Positions 44,201-53,373 of a stretch of DNA of 64,000 nt are shown here, piece after piece; within the stretch, counting starts at the first letter, position 1, and each line of letters starts with the position of its first letter. Position numbers and translations under genes: made by a program. The stretch spans positions 310,001 to 374,000 of the IMG/VR virus record IMGVR_UViG_3300047558_000137; one strand, written 5' to 3'. The notes under the pieces are model-generated. The model saw only the letters and a list, made by a program, of their open reading frames with translations. It did not search any database and was not told the DNA's origin.

Positions 44201-45995
44201 CACTGGCTGCTACAACGTTTCCACTTAGTGTGGATATGCCAGTTACGCCTAGTGTTGATTGTAATGTCGCGGCTCCTGCTACGTTAATAACGCCGCCGAT
44301 ATATGCGGCTCCTGCTACACCTATACCACCAGTTGATACAATTGCTCCCGTGGTTGTACTTGAACTACTTGTTCCGCTGGCAGCAACAATATTACCAGTG
44401 CTGGTAAATGAACTGCTAGCAGTTAATGTTGTAAATGCACCAGTGCTTGCTGTACTAGACCCAATTGGTGTATTTTGAATACTACCGGCATAAATTGCAC
44501 CACTAACACCGGCGCCGCCTGCAACTACTAATGCACCTGTGGTTGTATTTGTACTTGCTGTACCACTGGCTGCTACAACGTTACCACTAGCAGTTATGGT
44601 AGAACCAAATGTTGCAGCACCAGTCTGTGAACTAGTACCACCGACGTTTAATGCGCCACTAATGCCAGCTCCACCTGCAACTACTAATGCACCTGTAGTT
44701 GTACTTGAACTAGTTGTGCCACTTGCTGCCACAATGTTGCCAGCGGCATTAATTATTCCGCCTGTGTATAATGCGCCCGATATACCAGCGCCTCCAGTGA
44801 CACGCAATGCACCAGTTGTTGAACTAGTTGCTGCTGTAGTTTGCTTTAATATTAAATAACCGCCATTACTTACGTTGCCATGGAAACGTGCAACTTCGGC
44901 GTTTGAGAAAAATGATCCTACACTAATTGCAATATCGTTATAGCTACCTGCTTCGCTGGTACCGATTACTAAATTACCGCCGTATGTGCTGCTTAACGGA
45001 CGAGTAATTAAATATCCGTCTTGTGGTGCTGTAATTGTATAGTTGCCATCGCTAAATGTTGATCCGGCTATACCAACATCAACCCAGCCCCCAGAATCAG
45101 TTCCGTTATCAGCATAGGCTGCAAAGTCAGATGATCCTGATCCTGCACTGTTAACCATTGCTATTTGAGCGTATGTTGACCCGTTGTCAACTGCAATAAT
45201 AGCCGGAGCAGTTAAGTTTTTACTAAATGATGTACTACCAATATACATGTTGTTGCCAACATATAAATTACTTGCAATAGATGCACCGCCGGTGCCAGTA
45301 ATTATTAATGCGCCAGTGGTTGCACTTGTTGTATCTACACTACTTGAAAGTATTACGTTACCACCCAAGTTTGTTCTTCCGGCTACACCCATGCCACCAA
45401 CTACTACTAGCGCACCAGTAGTAGAACTTGTGCTTACTGCACTGCTTGCAGCAACAATATTACCTGTGCCTGTTAACACACCGGAAATATTTGTTGTATC
45501 CAAAGTAGATGTGCCAGTTACACCTAGTGTTGTGCCAACCGTTAAACTATTTGTTACTGTACCAGAAACTACTGTTGTATTACCAAGTTTTGCGTTAGCA
45601 AATCCAGTGTTATTAATAGCACCAGCGGTTGTGCCAGTTTCAGTGGTCATTATGGCTTCAAACGCTGCATCTGCTTCTTTCCATACCCATGCTGCGTTTA
45701 CAGAACCATATGGCGCTAAACTGCTTAGGTTACGGTTAACCAACATACCAATATCGTATGTTGGAGACCCAGCATAATTGTTGTTAAACACAACAATCGG
45801 GTCATTAATGTAGGTGTTAATTGAGTTTAGCTGTGCAAAGCTATTTGCCACAGTTAAGTTACCAAGGATAGTAACGTTTGAGTTTAATGTTAGGTTTGCA
45901 TTAAATACAGATCCAACTAAGGTACCCGGTGCCAATTTGACATAGGTAATTGTTGAGTCTGTAATCTGATTATTCTTAATTCTGGTAACGGCCAT
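41298..45995 (-). CDS. Long repetitive tail fibre-like protein (~1565 aa)
   Basis: At least 12 (S/T)TTGALVVxGGxGIxG repeats and an internal duplicated domain; start set at MAVTRIK. Confidence 0.75.
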   Translation of the reverse strand: MAVTRIKNNQITDSTITYVKLAPGTLVGSVFNANLTLNSNVTILGNLTVANSFAQLNSINTYINDPIVVFNNNYAGSPTYDIGMLVNRNLSSLAPYGSVNAAWVWKEADAAFEAIMTTETGTTAGAINNTGFANAKLGNTTVVSGTVTNSLTVGTTLGVTGTSTLDTTNISGVLTGTGNIVAASSAVSTSSTTGALVVVGGMGVAGRTNLGGNVILSSSVDTTSATTGALIITGTGGASIASNLYVGNNMYIGSTSFSKNLTAPAIIAVDNGSTYAQIAMVNSAGSGSSDFAAYADNGTDSGGWVDVGIAGSTFSDGNYTITAPQDGYLITRPLSSTYGGNLVIGTSEAGSYNDIAISVGSFFSNAEVARFHGNVSNGGYLILKQTTAATSSTTGALRVTGGAGISGALYTGGIINAAGNIVAASGTTSSSTTTGALVVAGGAGISGALNVGGTSSQTGAATFGSTITASGNVVAASGTASTNTTTGALVVAGGAGVSGAIYAGSIQNTPIGSSTASTGAFTTLTASSSFTSTGNIVAASGTSSSSTTTGAIVSTGGIGVAGAAYIGGVINVAGAATLQSTLGVTGISTLSGNVVAASGTASTNTTTGALVVVGGAGISGAINVGGVASVTNATESTTSSNGALIVSGGAGITKNLNVGGNAIIAGNLTVQGTMTAIQSTTLDVTDLNITVAKGAASAAAANGAGLTVDGASATLLYTSATDSWNLNKQLIGTGASFSNSTASTSTTTGALVVTGGVGIGGVLQTGGNIVAASGTASGGTTTGALVVSGGIGVSGAINAGGTAVIGGNLYVNGVGTHINSTKVTIQDPIIELNTGANGAAIASNVKFFDSGMRVHFWNPAISDESSAFFGRTADTGHFEWYEFVSPVTGENGNIITGTYGTIKTGQFIAANTTVSTSTSSGALVVSGGTGIAGALNVGGGIQGVIGNVTPESGAFTTLTSSGTFISGGNIVAVSGTASTSDTTGALVVKGGIGVSGNIVTGKEVLVGNTLTVTGTTTLNSTLSVAQAATFTQTGVFNGNLVAASATENTGIGIGALVVSAGGASIAGNAYIGNNLYIGSASYNVNVGTPTIIATDNGVNYAQIALKNTNSYGSSDYAAYSDIGTDAGGWVDMGVAGSGFNDGNYTITKPHDGYLFTKPTDNSYGGNLVISTSDFGSYKDIVIGSGSFHANAEVARFHGNSSNSGTFVVKLPTNNTNTANTGAFQVWGGTSISGNTYHGGATVLNGSQTAGYDTIIRGKNDTTLLWARPSATYDQVLIGNSATASTFVTGAKLQINTTDSILLPTGTSAQRPGSAGGTDTVGMFRYNTTLGAIEYYGGSTPGWNLVSSQFTVIAVDTFTGDGSTVAFTMAGSSTTAAVMVAINGVLQQPTVAYSVSGATLTFTEAPSIGDTIDVRRLTTTQTVTGIASVNGYMQFQVDNNGAYVYTGSSSTTATTYWDTTGGQVSAIANVSVASANTVTTLDSFSSNSYRTAKYIIQVKNGANYQAQEVLVVTDGTTATQVTYAVVQTSGNLGVVAASQSGSTTTLSFIATNATNTVRIQKDYIAI

Positions 45996-46079
45996 TTCCC
46001 ACTGCTCCAATTATAGTGTATTTAGCCAAAAGGAAAGGTTTATAGCTTGCGGGCTATAAAATAATTAAGTTGATTGATT

Positions 46080-47693
46080 TTAGTAGCCGCCAGTTAACGG
46101 GCTACGTTTCCATGTATTTGTAGCTGTACAAACATAGATATAATTAGCATCCCAGCAAATTTGTCCCGTTGTGCCAGGTGCTGTGCTTGTTTTTGTTGCT
46201 TGTGGTGCCGATAATATACCACTAAGTGTAATATTACCTGATACTGTTAAATCATCAGACAATGTTGTATTCATACTTACAACACCACCTAAGAATCTAA
46301 TGTCAATTACGTCAGTTGATGTTGGTACTTCAGCAAAAGTAATTTGTGTTCCACTAACTGTATAAGCCACACCGGGCTGTTGTATAGTACCGTTAATGCT
46401 TACTAGAATACTAGTATTTGTAGCTGTTTGATCTAACGTGAATACATTATTTGTGTCGTCGCCGGTAATTGTTTGATCTGTTACGGTGTTTGTAACTGAT
46501 ATCCACACACTACCGTTGTAATACTCAACTGTTGAATTATCTGTGTTAAATCTAGTATATCCTGGTACCCCTGAAGGTCTATGTGCAGTATCTCCCACTG
46601 GTAACTTAATTGCACTTGATCCAACAAAACTAACAGATGATGTTACATTAGATCCAATATAATCAGTATGCAAGTTGCCGCTTAACATTACATTACCGGC
46701 ATTGATATTTCCGTTGAATATTGTTAGATAACTAGCAACGTTTGCGTTTGAATATACCTGTGTTTGTAATGTTGCGATTGCTGCGTTGGCTGCAGAGACG
46801 TTAGCATTTAATAAATTAATACTAGTTGCCTGTGTAGCAGCATTACTAAACAATGTAGTAATGTTTGTTGTTGCTGTGCCCAGGTTAGCATCTAAATTAC
46901 CTAACCACGTGGCCTGTACTGCGGCATTACTAAACAATGTTGAAACATTTGATTGTAATGTTGATATTGCAGAATTAGCTGCTGTTACATTGGCATCGAT
47001 ATTATTAATTGCAGTAGCCTGCGTGGCTGCATTACTAAACAATGTAGTAATGTTTGTAGTAGTTGTACCTAGGTTTGCATCTAAGTTACCTAGCCATGTT
47101 GTATGTACTGCGGTTGTTGCTTGTAAGGCGCTTACGTTAGAGGCTGTTGAACTTAAATTGCTGTAAACATCAACGCCGTTTACTGTTGCAGATGCAACAT
47201 GAATAGTTGTACCAGAGCTGTCGGTAATATTACCTAGCAGTTCATTTAATCCTGCAATAGCATCAGTAATCTTTGTTGTTGTAGTAAATGTTAATGCATT
47301 ACTAAAAGAACCTGTTGTGTTAGTTCCTAAGGGGATATTATCGCCCTCAAATCCTTCAAGGTTTGTTAGAGTTTGTAAGTTACCCCAACTTAAATTACCG
47401 TTACCATCTGTATATACAATATCATACGCATTACCGCCAGTGACAATTACATTACTAATTGATCCTAGTCCTACTTTACCAGTATTACTAGTAATTGTAT
47501 TACCAAGTATTATAAGGTTAGCAAGTTTAACATTACCGGGACTATCAAAACTATAGGCAGGGCTAGAATTATTAATGCCAACACGACGTGAAGACACATC
47601 AGCATATATTAAATTCCCGTCAATAGCAAGATTAACACCCTGGCGTTCCAGGTTGCTAAACAACATTGGTCCGGTAATGCGCCCTATTGCCAT
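46080..47693 (-). CDS. Virion structural protein with central coiled-coil repeats
   Basis: MAIGRITGPML; repeated TTNITTLFSNAATQAT / TWLGNLDANLG; shared VSINGTIQQP domain. Confidence 0.7.
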   Translation of the reverse strand: MAIGRITGPMLFSNLERQGVNLAIDGNLIYADVSSRRVGINNSSPAYSFDSPGNVKLANLIILGNTITSNTGKVGLGSISNVIVTGGNAYDIVYTDGNGNLSWGNLQTLTNLEGFEGDNIPLGTNTTGSFSNALTFTTTTKITDAIAGLNELLGNITDSSGTTIHVASATVNGVDVYSNLSSTASNVSALQATTAVHTTWLGNLDANLGTTTTNITTLFSNAATQATAINNIDANVTAANSAISTLQSNVSTLFSNAAVQATWLGNLDANLGTATTNITTLFSNAATQATSINLLNANVSAANAAIATLQTQVYSNANVASYLTIFNGNINAGNVMLSGNLHTDYIGSNVTSSVSFVGSSAIKLPVGDTAHRPSGVPGYTRFNTDNSTVEYYNGSVWISVTNTVTDQTITGDDTNNVFTLDQTATNTSILVSINGTIQQPGVAYTVSGTQITFAEVPTSTDVIDIRFLGGVVSMNTTLSDDLTVSGNITLSGILSAPQATKTSTAPGTTGQICWDANYIYVCTATNTWKRSPLTGGY

Positions 47694-47702
47694 TTACACT
47701 CC

Positions 47703-48125
47703 TTATGCAGCATCAGTGCTGTTAATATTGTGTATAATGGTAATGCGGTTTGGGTTTACTCCTGGGGCCGGCGGTGGGCTTGTGAATGTTATGTTAGTTG
47801 TGCCGTTAACATTGTAGTTAGTAACCGGCTGTTGATATACACCACCAATGAATACTGCAATTGCACTAGCATCTGACTCAGCTTGTGCCATAGTAAAGTC
47901 AACAGAGCTTCCGTCTCCAGTTAAGTCATCAACAACTAGCTGTACTGTACCAATCTTGGCAATTTGATTCCATGATCCGTTGTAATAAAATTCAACCTTA
48001 TTGTTAGTTTGGTTAAATCGAACCACTCCATCTACTGGTGCATCACCTAGAGCAGATGTTGCAATAGGAAGTCTAACACCAAGTACACCTGGGGTGATGT
48101 CTGGGTTTTTAAGTAGTCGTCCCAT
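47703..48125 (-). CDS. Virion structural protein
   Basis: GDGSSVDFT...VFIGGVYQQP domain shared with neighbouring fibre genes. Confidence 0.7.
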   Translation of the reverse strand: MGRLLKNPDITPGVLGVRLPIATSALGDAPVDGVVRFNQTNNKVEFYYNGSWNQIAKIGTVQLVVDDLTGDGSSVDFTMAQAESDASAIAVFIGGVYQQPVTNYNVNGTTNITFTSPPPAPGVNPNRITIIHNINSTDAA

Positions 48126-48127
48126 TA

Positions 48128-48442
48128 TTAAATTCCAATCGAACTTACTGTTGCTGTTACACTGTCACCTGCGCTACAATTTGCACGAATGCTATCACCG
48201 TTTGCTAAAATAAATTTTTCAGCGTAAATGATGTATGTATTTTGTGCTGTGATACTTACGTTGGTGTAAATGGCATTGTTAGCGTTAGCAATAACGCCAG
48301 ACCCTGTTACCATGTATACGTTGCAGGTCACTGTTGCACCTGTTGTATTGCACAAATGAATTGTTGTAATTGCACTGCTACCAGAGCTAGCATAAATGTT
48401 AGCTGCGGTTCCGCTTGTTAATCTGGTATTTTGTATAGCCAT
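48128..48442 (-). CDS. Small virion structural protein
   Basis: 104 aa beta-rich ORF similar to 39047-39376. Confidence 0.7.
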   Translation of the reverse strand: MAIQNTRLTSGTAANIYASSGSSAITTIHLCNTTGATVTCNVYMVTGSGVIANANNAIYTNVSITAQNTYIIYAEKFILANGDSIRANCSAGDSVTATVSSIGI

Positions 48443-48452
48443 TTAATTTACC

Positions 48453-49025
48453 TTATCCAAAAATAATACTGTACTTAATTGCTGCGGCCTGCGTGGCCAA
48501 CTCTTGTGCAGCCAATGTTGTGTTTGTTACATATAGTCCCGAACCGCCGCCGCCCGGTGTCTGACTATAAACTACGTTGTATCCACTTACTGCTGTGGGA
48601 ACAACTGCGGTGTTTTGTATAGCAAGATTGCTGTCAACGGTTACATTGGCTGCGGTTGATGAATATAATGTGTACCCTAACATATCTAGGTTAGAGTTTA
48701 ATGTTAACCCGCCAGTTGAGCTAGATGTAGCGATATTAGCAAATGTTGATCCATCTGTAGTTAACTGCCATTGATCATATGCTTCATTCCATCTAATAGA
48801 TGTTGTAGCAGATGACCCCCTGTCAATTTCAATACCCGAGTATACCGCAGTAACTCCGGCGCCCGTTTCGCCTTTGTTCAGTGTAATAATGTTATCATCT
48901 ACAGACGTATTTGTACTGGCCACAGTGGTCTGTGTCCCTGTAACTGTCAAGTTACCAACAATAGTGACATTTCCACCAATACTTTGTATTGTGTAATCAC
49001 CTGCGACTTTTTTGTACGTTGCCAT
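48453..49025 (-). CDS. Virion structural protein
   Basis: GNLTVTGTQT...DNIITLNKG...GIEIDRG...WNE motif shared with the long fibre. Confidence 0.7.
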   Translation of the reverse strand: MATYKKVAGDYTIQSIGGNVTIVGNLTVTGTQTTVASTNTSVDDNIITLNKGETGAGVTAVYSGIEIDRGSSATTSIRWNEAYDQWQLTTDGSTFANIATSSSTGGLTLNSNLDMLGYTLYSSTAANVTVDSNLAIQNTAVVPTAVSGYNVVYSQTPGGGGSGLYVTNTTLAAQELATQAAAIKYSIIFG

Positions 49026-49077
49026 TCTGAAAACCCTGTTTTAGTATATTTAGCCCAAACAAACAGAATAAAATTTC

Positions 49078-49106
49078 AAAAAAATAGCAGCCGAAGCTGC
49101 TATTTT
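49078..49106. terminator. Intrinsic terminator
   Basis: AAAAUAGCAGC-UUCG-GCUGCUAUUUUUUU on the minus strand. Confidence 0.85.
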
Positions 49107-49125
49107 GATTTTACAGTTTAAACGA

Positions 49126-50208
49126 TTAGAAACCGCCCGTTGCTGTGTTATAAGCCCATGTTAGTTCGCTACCTGCAAACTTGGCGCCGTTGGCACCTTG
49201 TGCATATACTTGTGCTTTACATCCGCCAGTGTGTTCACTGAACCAAATACGAACTGGATACCATTGACCTGCTGTTAGTGTTACAGAGTTAGCACCGTAT
49301 ACACCCGATGTGGCTGCATTGCTGGGCATTGACTTGTTGTTGCTGCCTAACAAACGTGTGGCGTTAGCCGGTGTTCCGGTTGCGGCTGTGCCAATCCACA
49401 TAGCTATATGATCGTCTGATTCGGCGTAGAAGTTATAGTTTTGTGTAGTTGGAACTTGCACATACCCTTTCCATTCCATACTGAACAAACTTTCGCCTAG
49501 GCCCGGACCGTCTGATTGTTGTCCCCAACTTACATAGGTATCAGCGATAGATTTGATTGCTGTTGCTGTATCAAAGAAACTATAGTTCCATGTTGCTGGA
49601 AGTGAGTTACTTGCGGCAGTAAAGTTACCATCATATTTGGTTCTCCACAATCCCGATGCAGAGTTAGATACACTCGCAACGTTTCCACCTGGGTTGTATG
49701 GTGTACCAATGTTTGCGTATGTAACACCTGATAAGGCGGCTGCACCAAGTTGATATGGCGTATCGCCGGATCCGGGGACTGGGTAGTCACCGTTTATGTC
49801 ATCACCTTCTAAATCAGTGGCACTTGCCATTGCAGAGTTAGTACCAGCTTCTTCAACTTGCCAATACCCGTCAGTGGTACTTGTGCTAAAGTTCCATGGG
49901 AAACTTTGGCGGCTTCCACCATATACTACCGTAATACGATGACGGTTAATTTTTGTTGCTTGTTGAACTGTGCCATCATCATATTTAAACGAAATAGACA
50001 TTTCACCTGGTTGCAAGTCTGCACTTGCTTTGTCTTTTAAATAGCAAACGGCAGTATTACCGTTGGTGTCGATACACTTAAATCTCTTAGAGCCTGTCTG
50101 CTCAAGAATATAACCTTTCACGCTGGCTGTACCGTTGTGAAATTGTACTTTAAGGTTATTACCTGAATCTGCACCGAATAATTGTTGTTTACTTAAAGGG
50201 CGTCCCAT
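49126..50208 (-). CDS. Probable capsid decoration protein with C-terminal PA14 domain
   Basis: FSMEWKGY...YNFYAESDDHIAMWIG...WYPVRIWFSEHTGG; N-domain paralogous to 50220-50693. Confidence 0.7.
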   Translation of the reverse strand: MGRPLSKQQLFGADSGNNLKVQFHNGTASVKGYILEQTGSKRFKCIDTNGNTAVCYLKDKASADLQPGEMSISFKYDDGTVQQATKINRHRITVVYGGSRQSFPWNFSTSTTDGYWQVEEAGTNSAMASATDLEGDDINGDYPVPGSGDTPYQLGAAALSGVTYANIGTPYNPGGNVASVSNSASGLWRTKYDGNFTAASNSLPATWNYSFFDTATAIKSIADTYVSWGQQSDGPGLGESLFSMEWKGYVQVPTTQNYNFYAESDDHIAMWIGTAATGTPANATRLLGSNNKSMPSNAATSGVYGANSVTLTAGQWYPVRIWFSEHTGGCKAQVYAQGANGAKFAGSELTWAYNTATGGF

Positions 50209-50219
50209 TCTTAGACTCC

Positions 50220-50693
50220 TTAAGCGTATGCTACTTGTACAAAACCAGTTGTACCGGCGGCGTAATCTGTAACATATTTGTTACTAGTTGTTGCTGCGGC
50301 TAGGTGATAACGATATTTGTTACCAGACCAGTCCCATACAAATTTGTTAGTGATACGTGCTGCATAGAAAGTGCTTGCATCGGCCAATGTAACTAAAATG
50401 TACATTTGACCTGCGGCCAATGTACCAGAGTTAACTAGTTGACATTGTCCTGTACGTGTACCATCGGTTACTAAGAAATCTTTGCGACCTTTTTGTGCTT
50501 TAATAGAACCGTTACCAGATGATCCGCCAGTTAGAAAAACCTGTGGTTGAATCTGACGGCCAGTTTGGCTAGTTAGACCACCTGTACCACCTACGTAAGT
50601 ACCAGCTGGAATTTGTGTTGGCATAACATAACGGTCATGCATCTGCCCGTTTGCAGATTCTGTTTTTGTAATTTTTAATGCGCCTCTTGCCAT
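50220..50693 (-). CDS. Probable capsid decoration/structural protein
   Basis: Strong AAGGAG SD, late promoter, GSIKAQKGRKDFLVTDG motif. Confidence 0.6.
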   Translation of the reverse strand: MARGALKITKTESANGQMHDRYVMPTQIPAGTYVGGTGGLTSQTGRQIQPQVFLTGGSSGNGSIKAQKGRKDFLVTDGTRTGQCQLVNSGTLAAGQMYILVTLADASTFYAARITNKFVWDWSGNKYRYHLAAATTSNKYVTDYAAGTTGFVQVAYA

Positions 50694-50711
50694 TTTATTT
50701 CTCCTTAAGTT

Positions 50712-50774
50712 GGCGTTCTAGGCCTACGCAGTGGCGCTGCGTAAACTCTCAATTAAGAGCGAACATTATATTTA
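50712..50774 (-). promoter_or_regulatory. Late promoter plus three-way-junction 5' UTR
   Basis: TAAATA at 50769-50774; GUUC/GAAC closes CUCU/AGAG and UUUACGCAG/CUGCGUAGG hairpins before the SD. Confidence 0.55.
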
Positions 50775-51644
50775 CCGTAATTTGGAGAAAAGATAGTCGG
50801 CCCAAAGTGCGTGTCCTGCAGAGTTAGGATGGCAGGTGCTGCCTTTGAGGTTGTATTCGCTAGTGCCCAGAAAGTTCCAACGTGTGCCCACACGATCCAT
50901 GATATCTAAGAACTCAGCTTTACGAGTTACATCATCTTTAATAAACTTTTCAGTCAGAGGAGTAATGCTCATTTGCCCAATAAACGGCACAGGCTTTTGA
51001 TAGTTGTCAAAGTCAACCCGATCCTGTATCACATCGCACCAGGTTTTATCTAATAGAAATAGTTTAGGATTTTCTGCCCAACTATCTGTAAACGCCCTAC
51101 TTACATACCAATCGATCATTGGATGTCTATTAAATATTGCTTCTAGATTGTTAAACAAGTATTGTTCAACTTGCACTAGAAATTGTTTGAGGCTGTTGCT
51201 TGAATCCCAGAATTTTGTATATTGCGGTGTTAGGTCTACTACACGGTTGTAAGTGGCTTCGCGTAGATCTTCTGTTAAGGTAATAACAACATGAACTTCT
51301 TTATAGTCGTAAAGATATGGTTCTATTGCTCCTAGCTGTTCTAGCATCCAATAGTTGCTACAGCCGGGTTTAGCAATATTAACCCAACTTGCGCCCATTT
51401 GATCTGCTAACTTACGCCCGAATATTTGTGTAAGGCGAACAGGATCGTCACTTGCCCGTTCCCAGTCGATGCAACCTAGGTGGTCTCCCCAGGTCCAGCT
51501 ATCGCCTATTGTAATTAGTAATTTATCATTATGTATATCTTCGTGATACCATCGACGATAGGTATACGGGTTAGCAGGGTCATAGTCTTTCTGTCGATGA
51601 TCTATGGCCTGTTCAGGAGTCAACGATTGATAAAATTTATACAT
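50772..51644 (-). CDS. SGNH/GDSL-like hydrolase or acyltransferase
   Basis: IGDSWTWG, NIAKPGCSN, CHPNSAGHALWA. Confidence 0.65.
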   Translation of the reverse strand: MYKFYQSLTPEQAIDHRQKDYDPANPYTYRRWYHEDIHNDKLLITIGDSWTWGDHLGCIDWERASDDPVRLTQIFGRKLADQMGASWVNIAKPGCSNYWMLEQLGAIEPYLYDYKEVHVVITLTEDLREATYNRVVDLTPQYTKFWDSSNSLKQFLVQVEQYLFNNLEAIFNRHPMIDWYVSRAFTDSWAENPKLFLLDKTWCDVIQDRVDFDNYQKPVPFIGQMSITPLTEKFIKDDVTRKAEFLDIMDRVGTRWNFLGTSEYNLKGSTCHPNSAGHALWADYLFSKLR

Positions 51645-52623
51645 TGAATATTTTTTTTATTCTATTGTCGTAAGGTATAACATTCAAACATCTTTGATTG
51701 TATATAAAGATATCTTGATAGTCATTATATAGTTTAGGAATGTCTAGTGTCAACAGTCTATTAAATTCTCTAGTTAATGCCGAGAATCTTTCGGCCGGAT
51801 CTTCTATAGTATCAAAACTGTAATTAACAAATGGTGCTAGTTCAAAGCCTAGTTCTCGCACACGCTGTACACTACCAGGGTTAGCAAATGGTAAAATTAT
51901 ATGCCCTTTTACTAATGGATCGAATGTTTTTTCCGTTATGTGTATTAAATCTGATTCTACACAATTACTTTCTACGTAGATACTTATGTAACTATCTAGA
52001 TAAAAATGATTAGGCACTGGACTAAACGCACCAACTACACTTTCAGGTTCTAGAAACTTTCCTTGGCTGCGATTAGAAACGTAGCCATCTAGATCTTTTA
52101 CAAAGTTATATAATTCTTTTCGCCAGCCGTATTCTCTACCTAGCAAACTCATGAACATCTTAGATCTAGTGTTAATAAAATCTAAGTCAGGTAAGCGATA
52201 GCCTTGATATTTGTAGTGATGAAGATATAAGTTCTCTGGTACAGACTCTGTGTAATAGGCTTTAAATCTATTCCACATAAAATCCCATGCAATAACTTTT
52301 ACGCCGTCTATTGCAAAATCAGGACTTTGATTTACAGTCAAATAATATTTGTTTGGATGCTTAAACTCTGAAACAAATTTATAAAATCTTCTATGATCGT
52401 AATCACTTATATTAACTAGGTCGTAAAACACAACAGCACGAGATTCATCTGCTAAATGTGCGGCTGTAGTTTCCCATATTAACTTGTGTGTATTGTAATG
52501 GTCCACTAGTGGATAAAAGTACACATCGTTGGGTAGATTGTTTACGTCTAGTCCAAGTATTTGTAAATGATAAGGTAGGTCGTCGCCTTCAATACCTTGT
52601 GTAACGTTCGGTATATAATGCAT
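51637..52623 (-). CDS. Glycosyltransferase-like protein (GT10-like 'TEKT' family)
   Basis: YISIYVES...ITEKTFDPLVKGHIILP...FVNYSFD. Confidence 0.55.
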   Translation of the reverse strand: MHYIPNVTQGIEGDDLPYHLQILGLDVNNLPNDVYFYPLVDHYNTHKLIWETTAAHLADESRAVVFYDLVNISDYDHRRFYKFVSEFKHPNKYYLTVNQSPDFAIDGVKVIAWDFMWNRFKAYYTESVPENLYLHHYKYQGYRLPDLDFINTRSKMFMSLLGREYGWRKELYNFVKDLDGYVSNRSQGKFLEPESVVGAFSPVPNHFYLDSYISIYVESNCVESDLIHITEKTFDPLVKGHIILPFANPGSVQRVRELGFELAPFVNYSFDTIEDPAERFSALTREFNRLLTLDIPKLYNDYQDIFIYNQRCLNVIPYDNRIKKIFNV

Positions 52624-53299
52624 TGAGAATGTCTGCTATCTGTATGTGCCCTTGTTGATTAGGGTGAAATAATTTGCCTAGAAAAAATTGATTAGTTGTT
52701 ATATCGGGTAAACGGTATTCTTGTCCTGTTAGTAAGTATGTTATTGTGTCCCTAATAACTGTACGCATACTAACAATGTCAATATATTTGCTCAAATCCA
52801 CTGATTCAAAGTAACTAAAGAATAAACAGTCAATGTCGTTATTTTCACAATAGTTTTGAAATGCAAATATTGTTTGTGCTGCAACAAAACTATTATATTC
52901 ATTGCACTCGACCATACGATACATTTCGCCGGCTAGAGTATTAAAATCTCTAACTACCTCCGGTGGTCTGCCTGACTGATGTATGTCGCCGGTGCGGTAA
53001 TTTGCTTCAGGAGTAATATTAACAAATTCGTTTAATCTGTTGCTATAGGTTAGATATCGGGTGGGGCCAGACAATCCTACCATGAATATTTTTTTAGTAT
53101 CTTGATACTGTTCTGCCTGTTGTATGTAGTCAAACAATTGAACTGTTAAATGCCCAACACCGCTAGCAGGACAACTTAAATTTAATGTTTCTGCGTTACG
53201 TTTTCTGCCTAGATGTGCTAACCAATTTTGTTCGTCGGGTCTATCTAGTTCTGATCCAAAAGTCCAACTATCGCCGAACCCTACTATTAGAGTTTTCAT
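52589..53299 (-). CDS. SGNH/GDSL-like hydrolase or acyltransferase
   Basis: FGDSWTFG, NLSCPASG, FHPNQQGHIQIA. Confidence 0.65.
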   Translation of the reverse strand: MKTLIVGFGDSWTFGSELDRPDEQNWLAHLGRKRNAETLNLSCPASGVGHLTVQLFDYIQQAEQYQDTKKIFMVGLSGPTRYLTYSNRLNEFVNITPEANYRTGDIHQSGRPPEVVRDFNTLAGEMYRMVECNEYNSFVAAQTIFAFQNYCENNDIDCLFFSYFESVDLSKYIDIVSMRTVIRDTITYLLTGQEYRLPDITTNQFFLGKLFHPNQQGHIQIADILNALYTERYTRY

Positions 53300-53316
53300 A
53301 ACATTACTTAGCCAAC

Positions 53317-53341
53317 AAAAAAGGCTCCGAAGAGCCTTTTT
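53317..53341. terminator. Terminator after the major capsid gene
   Basis: AAAAAGGCUC-UUCG-GAGCCUUUUUU on the minus strand. Confidence 0.88.
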
Positions 53342-53373
53342 GTCCTTCCCATCCCTTGGGTTGGTATTCCGAA

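Noticed and set aside
43000-45450. CRISPR-like repeat array
   Set aside because: The repeats are degenerate, in frame and encode TGALVV peptide repeats; there is no constant repeat-spacer period.
40876-48774. Many plus-strand ORFs over the fibre genes
   Set aside because: Antisense shadows of Thr/Gly/Ala/Val-rich codons, with no SDs or recognisable motifs.
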